Shown here: positions 22,901-33,183 of the stretch, in pieces
Numbering within the stretch: the stretch's first letter is position 1
Layout: every line of letters starts with the position of its first letter
Assembly (NCBI GenBank): GCA_900088475.1
Contig: FLMG01003623.1
Span: forward strand, 1-39,834
Reading direction: 5' to 3'
Length of the DNA stretch: 39,834 bases
Origin: Hyphochytrium catenoides
Lineage: Eukaryota; Protista; Hyphochytriomycota
Position numbers and translations under genes: made by a program
The notes under the pieces: model-generated
The model's database searches: none
Told to the model about the DNA's origin: nothing
The model's input: the letters and a program-made list of their open reading frames with translations, nothing else

Positions 22901-24336
22901 CGGCAGAGCTACCGCATATGTGACTACATCAGGTATGGGCAATATGGGGCTAAATATCGAAAGTAGAGCTTAATTAACCGGCTTACTCCTGGTTGCTAGG
23001 CGCTTCTCCTAGGCGCCGCTTCTGTGTTTTGCTTTGATGCATCTCTTAGCCTTTCCTCTCATCGTTTTCAAATTGTCTGACTACTCGCCTACTTCTCAAC
23101 AGTGAGGCTACCGGCGTCGACGTCTGGTCCTACTCCGTCATGTAAGAACTGTATGAAGCATATGCCTCATGAGACATAACTAACTGGCCGTCCTATTGTG
23201 CAGCTTCCCCTTCTTCGAGCAATACCTTACCCTCTGGAATACGCTGTTTTTACTCCTCGGAGTGGTGCTACTCATGGTAAACTAGCTTGTACTCAATTTT
23301 ACCTAGGGAGATTACGGCTGCTCACTACTTGTTACTTTTCACCTGTATGTGGGTGTCCAGATCTTTCTCATGCAGGCGCTCTATATGTTGGCTATTTGGG
23401 TCCCTTTGCTGAATGTGCTGACCATTCTGGGGATTGTTATATGCATGATGGGAATTATGCCGCTCTTTGGCATCATGCTGAACGGTCTTTCTGTTGTCAA
23501 CCTTGTCGTATGTGCTGGTAAGAGACACTCTGATCGCCTGAGAAATGCACTCACCCCTTGTCCCTGGTGTTTTGGTCTTCACACTCTTCAAGTTTGCTCT
23601 GCTTAACCGTCTTTCACATCTTTGCCATTGTTAGTGGTAGTTCCACTCTGGTGAGCATGCTGAGCTACTTAGCACTCTCTGCCGCTTTCAAAGGTTTAGC
23701 ACCTCTCTGCGTACTCCTCCTGAAAACCTCTCATTAACCCCGACACACTTAGGAATCTCGGTGGAGTTTACATCCCACGTTAGTCGTGCCTTCGTTTCCG
23801 CGTACGGAAACGGGGACGTGCGCATGCAAGCAGCATTGCGCCAGGTGATGCTTTCTGTCATCTTTGGCATCACTGTCACCAAGATCATCGGAGTTTCAGT
23901 ACTCTCGTTTGCTGAGAGTAGGATATTCTACAGGTGATGACCATACATAACTTGCTCCCGTATACCTACTCACTTCTCTTCCCCTCATCCTTTGCCAAAG
24001 CTTCCATGTATGCATCAGCTGGTTACGACTAATTCACCGTCTCCACCTTTCTGTTCTGACTGCTTTCTATGGTCACTTATGATTCTCTTGATAACGCTAA
24101 GTATCTTCGCAACTAATGTTTAATCTTCATCCCTGTGCAGATACTATTTCATCATGTATATGTGGGTTATTCTCATCGGCGCCCTTCATGGTCTACTCTT
24201 CTTTCCCGTCCTCCTAAGCGTTTTCGGGGACCTAGAGGAACGCCTGAGGAAGAAGCAGCCTAAACCCTCCCTCGAGGAAGAAGTAATCCAGTCTCCACCT
24301 GTAACACCGGATGAGGTCAAGGCCGATAGCTCGTAA
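16989..24336 (+). CDS. NPC1: Niemann-Pick C1-like sterol transporter (Patched/RND family, sterol-sensing domain); many exons
   Basis: Signal-peptide-like RLAVLLLMSAALSLQASA. Cys-rich NTD LCCDSYQF...CPACEMNVKNLFCHYACSPN. VETEPTKLWSPPDSRS...FGPFYRTAQ; WEKGFI; SFMAESSVEAEIARSS; SSD EVVPFLTLAIGVDNIFLM; MPAVRWFAAFA; IELGLDQ...MPSGSY; GPPVYYIV; FPFFEQYL; ISVEFTSHVSRAF; GALHGLLFFPVLLS. TAA at 24334-24336. Confidence 0.95.
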
Positions 24337-24564
24337 TTGGAGGCAACGGGCAAAAGTGCGTGATCTTTGAGAAAAGAGGCTACACTGAGTTTGGAGTTTG
24401 GCACTAAATTCCCCTCGGTCGTTTTTGACGTTTTATAAAAGTTTATCTACATCGAGAGTTACGAATCCACCTTAATGTCTCTATTGAAGAGACCCATCTG
24501 CTTTGTGTCCTGTTCCGCAAGGTGGGGCTATCAGATACAGTCGGTATAGACTGAGTGCAGCAGC

Positions 24565-27469
24565 TCAATCTATTGTAGGGCAGGCATTGTCTCTTCCACC
24601 CTTGAGATCGGGAGGTGGGGTCTCAAGTGCCTCCCACTGCTTCAGCTTTTCTTTCACCTGCTCGTCGGAACGACTGTCGACGTGGGAGGTTAGCATAGAC
24701 TAGTTCATCCTATCCCTCTCCATTGTACTTCTTTCTACTTGGTTCCTCACTCCAATCATGTGATTTGGTCTACCAAAGTGACTTCCCTTCCCTTAAGTCA
24801 TTTCCCCCTAGCACTTACTTGCCCTCCTTTTCTTGGTAAGCAGCCGAGCACTTATCAAAAAGTGCTGCATCCATTTCCATGAAGAGCTTGAGGACGTTGT
24901 ACGTTAAGGTCTGCACCGTGCTGTGATTGAGGATACATTTAGTTCAAAGTCGACAACAACCGCCAACGAACCATAGTCTGACAGAACGAGATAGCATGGA
25001 CGTACAGCAAAGTAATTGTGGAGAGAGTAACGAGGCAGCACAGAAGTAGAGAAAGACCTAGTCTCACAAATGCTGTGCAAGTGATAAAACTTGCATTGCA
25101 ATACACGCGACGTGTTTCAAGAAGAAGAGGCGTTGCTCAACGCTCTCACCTGTGCCAATGATTCTCACAGTTGCGATAGAGAGGTCCAAAAAGTATGGGT
25201 AGAATCTCCTCCCGCTTGTGGGCTACCAGGCTCACAATGTATTCATTGTTCCACAAGTAGAGGGCACGTTGTGCGACCTGCATGATTCAATGTCGTCAAC
25301 CTTTCGTTATCACTTCACGACAACATAGTCAAACAGGCGCACATAGATAGGCTGAGGAGGACATAGATAGGCTGAGGAGGATCCTTCCGGCCTCTTATCA
25401 GGCGCTCAATGCCTACCTGAAAATGTTCACTGCACATTGCTTTGCCTATATGGTTGAACAACAACCTGATCACCTGCAAGAGCGTACAGTCGCGCTGTTA
25501 GAAGTCTGCTGCATCATCACCTAAGGTTTTCTTTACTTCCGTCACTCTTCCTGTGGCTATCCAATCATCACTCACCTTCTCAAACTCTGGTGGCTGGGTG
25601 AGATCCAAAAGCTCTTCCAATTCATTGAGAAAAAGGACTTCCTTAGTGCTGCTAGTCACAGGCCAGTAGCGGAGCAGGCCCGTTATGACTCTTTCTGCGG
25701 TTGTAGGATCCTTCTCCACGAACTGAGTGACGCAATAAGAGAGTTGACTATGATAATTGGCGACACATGACACCTGTTGCGTGGCGAACACACAAGAGCA
25801 GAAGGATAGAGGATAAGGGTGAGTCACATCAACACCAACAAAGAGGGAAGAGTGTAAATGCATAGTCCATTGTTCCTAATGTGAGTTTAAAGCGTGAACG
25901 AGGGAATCGTGGGAGACTGAGTTCAACAACTTGACCTTGTAAACGCTCTCCAAAGACTCACCTTATGCAAGGGAATGAGGGCCTGATCTAGAAAGTGAAT
26001 GTGCTCCTGCTTTAACGGCAGGGCAAACCCGTTGATGATGCTGAAATGACAGATATGCGACGTGCAAGCATTGACGAGAACCCGTTAGCATTACGACATC
26101 GAATGCAAAGAGATCGGAGTGCGCAAAGGAGTTGCTGCAGGGTTGGGCCGAGTAAGCCTTCGCTTTGGCGCCAGCAGAACATCTCCTGCCACTAACCTTC
26201 CAAGGATCTCAAGCAACTCTCCTATCCCGTTGAATCGCTCCGTCTCATAAATAAAGGTGAAGAATACATTGTTAATAGTCTTCCGAATAAACGCCCGAAG
26301 TGCCATAGATTTGCCGTATATCCTATGCAGTATGGTCTGCCGTGGAGCATTGAGGTTGACGAGATTGCCAAATCTTAGTACCGCGTGTACAGTGAGGAAA
26401 GTTGAGAACGTATCAAGAGACACCCCCTACCCCAGCTATCGGATGCAAATCCCACGCAAAGAAGCTGGTGGCGATGCACCAAGACAATCGTCATCGGGAT
26501 AGGGAAGGAAGTGCTAGTCAGATTAGAAGGAACAGAAGGTCGTACTTTCAGGTATTCTCGCTCCCTAGGATCCTCCGAGTCAAACAAGCCAATGAGCTTA
26601 ACAAGGTGCTGCTTTGTGATATATTTCTTCGCAATCTTCGCATCTACCTCTCTTGAGACGACGAATCTGAGGAGAAGTTCATATACGATCTGCAAATGGG
26701 GCCAGGCTTCTTCTAGCATCGGCTCCTCGTCTTCAACAGCTGAAAGAAAAAGGAGTTAAGCGGCAATAACAAGCAAGAGAGCTACATATCTCCGGATCAA
26801 GCCCGTAGAGGTATCAAACAAAGAGTTGATCCAACATTACGTCTCAACAGCTTTGATGCAAGAATGAAGTCTATAGACAAAATACCAGTAGCTACAGGGT
26901 GACAGAGGTATTATGTCTTACCTCCTTCGGGATAAGTCCTTTCCCGGCTGGGCAAGGCGCGGAAGAGGTTGTCACTTATCATTGCCATAAAATCTGTGAG
27001 GATTGCCTCCGTAAAGACGTTATCCCGTGAACTGGCGTAGTCCACCATCTCCAGAAGGGCCTGGCGCTTGCATTCCTTTTCCTTTAAATCTGAACAGAGC
27101 TTGTTAAGCAATGTTCATTTCGCTCTTGGTGTTTTTCTCTCTCTCCTTCCCACCTCACTCACGCTCACACTCTCTCGCACGCACACGCACTCTCCCACGC
27201 AAGCTCTCTCACTTTCTCCGAACTCCTCTCTCCCTTGTTGTTTCTCCCCTTTCGTACTGTCTAGTCTAGCATTCAGCTACCTCCCCGCCGCTAGTCGCTC
27301 ACGAACCTATTTTGGGATTTTTGAAGTCATAGACTTTCCTACAAAGTAACAATTTCTTATGGAAGAGTGCTGGCTTATCACTCGCAGGAGCAGTTGCCAG
27401 GGGCGGGAGATCTGCTAGGGTTTGCGTTTTCCCAGCCATCGCGGCACTGCTAGTGGTAGAGGGTGGCAT
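24565..27469 (-). CDS. PPP2R5: Protein phosphatase 2A regulatory subunit B56/B' (PPP2R5 family); multi-exon
   Basis: [15 protein letters not shown]; [11 protein letters not shown]; NLFRALP; [18 protein letters not shown]; [14 protein letters not shown]; LHRIYGK; [16 protein letters not shown]; [10 protein letters not shown]; QFVEKDP; [22 protein letters not shown]; [16 protein letters not shown]; [13 protein letters not shown] at 24565-24567. Start is the first in-frame ATG; further 5' exons are possible. Confidence 0.96.
25341..25381. repeat. 20-bp perfect tandem duplication inside a PP2A-B56 intron
   Basis: acatagataggctgaggagg x2 read directly. Confidence 0.95.
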
Positions 27470-28307
27470 GGACCTGTAGCCACCGCTCTAGAAGCTCTTT
27501 CTTTCTCACGAAGAGCGTACGCTAGCTTCTCGCACTGTCGTAGGATTGTCCTAGCACCTGAAGCTCCAGGACAAGCGCTCAATACTGCCGAAAAAGGAAG
27601 GGCTATTGATCAATTGCCATTTACCTTCCAGATATGTCACACATGATAAAGAGGCGTACCTTCGCGGTTGCAGGTAAGATCCAGCTCCTTTCTCCGCCCA
27701 TTTATATACGCCCTAGAGAAAGCGAGCTTCCAGCTCCTCTGGAAAGCTACCTACTATAACCTTAGTTCTCTGAACTAGAACATAGAGGAAAGATCTACTT
27801 GGAGATTTCCAGATATATGCCGTTCCTATAGAGGTAAAGGCGACTTCCTACGGCATGAGGTCACGACCAGAAGGTAATATCCAGGCTATGGCTTGTCTCC
27901 GGCTGGGAGAAGGCCTATTCCTTGGAGAGAAAGAGAGTCTCACGCAGGTCAAAGAAACAGCGTTACTCTCCAGATCGGCTCCTAGGCTCCTTCTCTCTGC
28001 TAAGGGTTCTCTTCCCTTTAACTTCTCTGTGTCTCTCTCCCTTCTTCTCTCCTCTCTGTTTCCGCTTGTCGAGGGTGGCAGATGAGGGAAGACACATCAA
28101 TCAGCGCGAGCAGTAGAAGAGAGAAAGAAGAGGACAGGCAAACAGAAGCACGATGCCAAACAGCCGACGAGCGGAAGCAGCCGACAAAGCGGTGGGGTGC
28201 CTCCTCCTGCTAAGTCACAAACAACACTCTGCAGACGAACTTAGCGAGTTGTACATAAGATAGGAAAGAGATGGAGACGGCACTGTTGTTAAGTAGCGCT
28301 GACAGTC

Positions 28308-28362
28308 AAGAGACAGAGAAACAGAGAGCGTGAGCCAGAGAGAGAGAGAGAAGAAGAGAGAA
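28308..28362. repeat. GA/CT-rich low-complexity tract with (AG)n core, upstream of the B56 gene
   Basis: agagacagagaaacagagagcgtgagccagagagagagagagaagaagagagaa read directly. Confidence 0.7.
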
Positions 28363-28578
28363 AGTGGTGTATGGTTTGCCAAGAATGAGCCAGAACAGCC
28401 TCTTATAAGAGAAAGAGAGGGTAAAAGATGGCGCACGAGAGAGCTGTCAAGACCATTCAGAGCTAGGAATGAACGAGACAGAGCGTAAGCGAGATACGAA
28501 AGATGATGGCGAGAGAGGCGTGGAGACAACTTGACGCTAGTTGGAGGATGTCCTCTCCTACTTCCGCTTCTGTTGAAC

Positions 28579-28864
28579 TTAGGATTGGAGCCACCACCGC
28601 TGTATTACTACTCCAATTGCCTTAGAGATTAGCGAAGTACTTTGGGGCGTGTTATTATCTCTCTGGGTGGTTTCCTTTTTGCAGACAGAGCACGGGTGGG
28701 TGGGCCGAGTGAGACCACTATCGAAATGTTGCCAAAACCCCTTTGGCTGATAGGCTCTCTCTATCAACATAGCTCTGTAAGCATTGAACCTGTTTTATTG
28801 GGCGTTCTACTTTACCCCACGGTTGCCTTACGCTCAAGGCGTGCAGGACTGTGGGAAGGTCCAT
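28579..28864 (-). pseudogene. Probable remnant of an ASCH-domain gene (N-terminal motif only)
   Basis: ATG at 28864 gives MDLPTVLHALSVRQPW. Removing a 43-nt GT..AG segment (28815-28773) continues as A-MLIERAYQPK. ALSVRQPWAxLI resembles the ASCH N-terminal consensus (LSxxQPwAxLI), but the GxKxxExR motif is missing and similarity stops there. Confidence 0.5.
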
Positions 28865-30643
28865 TTTAGCAGGAGTAGAATAGGAAGTTCTCACGAACGG
28901 TAAGATCATAAGTAATCTGTACGTAAATGTAACTACAAGTAGAACTACAACTGGATAATTCAAGTCTCCTAGTTCCTCCTTGTACAAGGGGTTGTTCCAG
29001 CTCAGAGCCAGTATCCAAGTACTACTAAAAAAAAAAACCCGTCCGTACCATGCGGCACACAGCCACAACCGTGATTGTTGTTGGTGTTGGTGCCTGTGTC
29101 GCTTATTAGACTATCCTTTCATAGAAAATCCAATGTGAGCGTCAAGGCTATTTATTGTTTGTTTGTTCTTCTGTCTACTCCTGCTGTCCAGCTACTCTCC
29201 CGAAAGAGAAACGTCATAGTTTTTATAGGTCTAATAAATAATCTTCACGATCTAATAATAAGAAGAAAGAAGAGTGCTGCTTGCATGCTGGTGGCAATAA
29301 CACGGTAACCCGCTGTTGTTTCCCATGTAATAGAGTTTATGAGACGGTGGATGTCCCTACAGCCTGTATGGCATAACAATAATCATCATAAAATAGCTTA
29401 CGAATACTGCGCATCATCGTCATCTTAACACTGGGGTAGAAGGGGAACAAGTGCTCGCAGCTGCGTCGTGAATCCACTAGAGTAGGATAACTTTCTCTTG
29501 AATTGTTTGGATGTTCAGTCCATCAGATGCCTATTCACTCTAAGGCAACCAGCAGCAGAGGAGCAAATAAAATTTATTTTTAGCAATGTACTTAGAGAAG
29601 ACAGACTACTGTGTAGATAGAGAGAGGACATTGAGGTTAACTTTTTTCTATACTATTGACGATGACCTTTCTACCGCTGGGAAGCCAAAAACCACGAGAA
29701 GCGCTGTGGTGGTGCGGCTGGCGTTTACTATCCGTCTTTTCTTCTTCTCTTATCATGGAGCATCGTCAATCACCACTCTTTTTCTGTTACTTATTGCGTC
29801 CCTGCCTCCCCTTCCTAATTTAAGAAAGACGACAAGAAAAATTAGCGCAACCTCCGTCCATACTCCAGGAAGCATGTCACAATGCTCCACAATGACAATG
29901 AAGGGCTTCTTCCTACTTCTTTATTCTTAGTTATTACTCCGTCTTTGATGATGATGACAGAACAAGGATTGATGCTTGAAGGTGCACTCCTGGAGGAGCT
30001 CTGAATCTGGTTTGCCAGACGCATATTCTTATGGGCCAGCAGCTCTCCCAAACCTTAGCCGCCCCATTAGACCAGTCTCCTTCCCTTCACCCTTAAAATT
30101 CCAATCATTGTCTGAGTGTCTTTCCCTGATCGTACGCCAGCATCATCAGAATCTTGAACCATCACCGACAATCCTCTAGGAACTACAGGTAAGAAATTGC
30201 TCACAGAGCTTCGAAGAGAGAAGCCACTGAAGCTTTGGCAATGATGACTTTCCTCCTTGGGCTGCCCCAGCCCGAACTAGAGCCTGCAGTCCATCATCTG
30301 ATTCTCTGTCTCTACTAAAGTTAGGATACATTCACTCCTCGTGAGGTCATTCTCTCCTACGACTGCTGCTGCTTTTGCTTTGTCGGTGTAACATAGTCCC
30401 TGGTCGTCTCCTTGGCGTCCTCCTGATCGCTCCTCAGCGGCCAACCTTCTAAACAACTAGCTTGCAAGGCAGATGCTGTAGATCCACGGTGTGCTTCCAC
30501 CTTCGACGAGGCTGAATTAGTCCACCAGGACTCTATCAGCGGGAACTGGTTGTGCTGGAGAGGTGTGTACACCCGCCAAAGGTCAACTTTCCTAGCAGAT
30601 TGAGACGGTCTAGCCTGTAGAGTCAACGACTTCACTTAAAGCA

Positions 30644-32989
30644 ATGGACGTGCAATTCCGCCCCACACTTGAGGAGGTTGAGAGGCTCGCGTCACTACCA
30701 GAAGTAAGCTAATCTCATGCCTGCCATTTGGAGCGGACAGATTTGTGACATTCTTCTCTCAACAGAATGAGGGAAAGAACTTGATACCAGTCTATAGGGA
30801 GCTGTTTGCGGACCTCGAAACTCCAGTTAGTGCCTTTCTTAAAATCCGAGAGGGAAACTACTCCTTCCTCTTAGAGTCAGTGGTCCTCGGAGAGCAGCGG
30901 GTACGTTTGCGATGGCCACACAATTCGTTGCTTGCAGCTGATGCCATTAGTATGAGTAGGGGCGATACTCCTTCATTGGGACCAAGCCCTTTAAGATTTT
31001 GGAAGTGGGCGATGACAGTCCCGTCTCCGGCGATCCGTTAGTGCACCTCGATGACGCCATGAGAGGTGAGCGCCGGTTCTCTTTACTCTTAACGCCGACT
31101 CGTTTATCTATATTTCAACTCTACCTGTTGTACCTTGTAGACTTCAAAGTAGTTCCTGTCGCCGGACTACCTCTGCCGCCCTTCACCGGTGGTGCCGTGG
31201 GTTACCTAAGCTACGATGCAGTGAAGTACTTCGAAAGTGAGTACCACTGTATCATAAAGGTTGCTTCAGGTTCCCCGTTCCGTCGATTCCTTGTCATAAG
31301 GGCCATAGCTGTAGGGTTTGAGAGCAAAAGAGCTCACTTCAATACGATACAAAGAAAGACCAATGTAGTTCTTTGGACGGATCAGGAGTGCATCTGTAGA
31401 GGCTAAATGATGGCATCTACAATCCCCTCTTCTTGTACATTGTGCAGGCCGTGTGAAGCCAAACATTCAAAAGCAAACAGATCGGCTACAAGTTCCAGAC
31501 TGCATCTATATGTTCTGTGACACACTGCTAATCTTTGACCATGTCCGGAACACCATCAAGGTTGTCAGTCATTGTGATCTTGGCAGAACTGACCTTGCCA
31601 CATCTTACCAGCAAGCGACCTCGCGTGTGGAGGAGCTGGTAGCCAAACTCCAAACACCTATTGAAAGTAAACTGAGGGGTGTCTCTGCTCTGAGTAATCT
31701 AGCTCGGCTCCCTCACTCAGAGTGGAATAAGGGATCCAATGTCGGCAAGGACGGGTACATGGCCTTTGTCAATAACTTGAAGCATCACGTTACAGGAGGA
31801 GACATTATTCAAGCTGTACCATCCCAGGTAGGTAATGAAGCTTAGGCCTGGTCCTGACTTTTGGGCAAGAAATCGTCTTACAGCCTTGCAGCGGATAGCT
31901 CTTTCCTTCGAGGGCGGAGACGTTAGCGCGCTTGATATCTACCGCCAACTAAGAGTGTTGAATCCGTCACCTTATATGTACTATCTTGACCTTGGGCCGA
32001 ACTTCCAGGTGGGCTTATCTCCCATTAAAACGAATAGCTGAAAAACTGGTTCTGTAGCGGCATCTCTAAGCATACTCCAGATTGTAGGTGCCTCCCCTGA
32101 AATGTTGCTAAAAGTGGACGAGAAGAGGATAGTCCAGACCCATCCGATCGCAGGTAAAGTTCAAAAGAGCCTTTCCCCCAAACGCAACAGCTAATTTAGA
32201 GGGGTCCGAGCTAGGTACACGCCCACGAGGGGCTACTCCAGAGGAAGATGAGGCTTTGGCCAAGGAGCTTCTGGCTGATGAGAAGGAGCTGGCAGAGCAC
32301 GTAATGCTTGTAGACCTGGGCCGTAACGACGTAGGCCGGGTGGCTAAGCCCGGAACCGTGAAGGTCCAAGGCTTGATGCACATTGAGAAATACTCCCATG
32401 TCATGCACATTGTCTCGGTTGTGAAGGGAGAGCTAAGGGAGGAGTGCTCCCCGCTAGTAAGCCCAAACGTTTTTTAAGGTTTTACCTCTGTCCATATCTC
32501 ACCGGACTATGTCAAGGATGCATTCCGTGCAATATTCCCTGCCGGGACGCTTACTGGAGCTCCTAAGGTCAAGGCAATGGAACTGGTCGCAGGACTGGAG
32601 CCAGAAAAAAGAGGTTAGCTATAACTACACTTCCTCTGTTGAAGCTTCTATGTTGGAAAGCTAACACCCAGACTAGGTATCTATGGTGGATCGGTAGGCT
32701 ACTACTCCTTCTCAGGTGTCCTTGACACCGCGATCGCAATCAGAACGCTTGTGATCAAGGATGGCACTGTTTATGCCCAAGCAGGTATGTCGCATTCTAC
32801 GGTCATTCGGGTTTTAGGACAGACCTGTCTTCCTCTTACACTGTACGCATAGGTGGGGGAATTGTGTATGACTCAGATCCTGAGACAGAATACCTAGAAA
32901 CAATGAACAAATTAGGGGCTGTGTTGGCTGCCATCCAGTTGGCTGCGAAGAAGGGTGACGCTGCGATCATTCCGCGCGCCACAACTTGA
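30644..32989 (+). CDS. TRP2: Anthranilate synthase component I (TrpE/TRP2); multi-exon
   Basis: [13 protein letters not shown]; SFLLESV; GRYSFIG; [12 protein letters not shown]; [10 protein letters not shown]; [15 protein letters not shown]; GASPEML; PIAGTRPRG; [25 protein letters not shown]; YSHVMHIVS; [15 protein letters not shown]; YGGSVG; DTAIAIRT; [12 protein letters not shown] at 32987-32989. Confidence 0.97.
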
Positions 32990-33183
32990 GCTGACGGAAA
33001 CAGTCTGGCGACTAATAAATTCTCTTACAAAGCTGCTGATTTTTTTGTTTAACGTCTCACTTTGTGGCTGCGGTAAAGTACTCCAGAAAACTAATTATTG
33101 TCCTAAAAGTACGCATAAGTGATGAGAACGACAGAGAAAGCCACCTCCAAAGCGGCTAAGGCTCTGGCCTATCACTTCATGCA

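Noticed and set aside
30238-30304. ATGATGA...CTGA spaced like a box C/D snoRNA
   Set aside because: The terminal stem is weak, there are no clear C'/D' boxes, and I recognised no rRNA-complementary guide. Such motifs are common by chance.
31238-31447. Longer-than-usual anthranilate synthase intron with a small hairpin (tgtagaggc...gcatctaca), considered as an H/ACA snoRNA or regulatory RNA
   Set aside because: Only a 9-bp imperfect stem, with no convincing two-hairpin H/ACA architecture.
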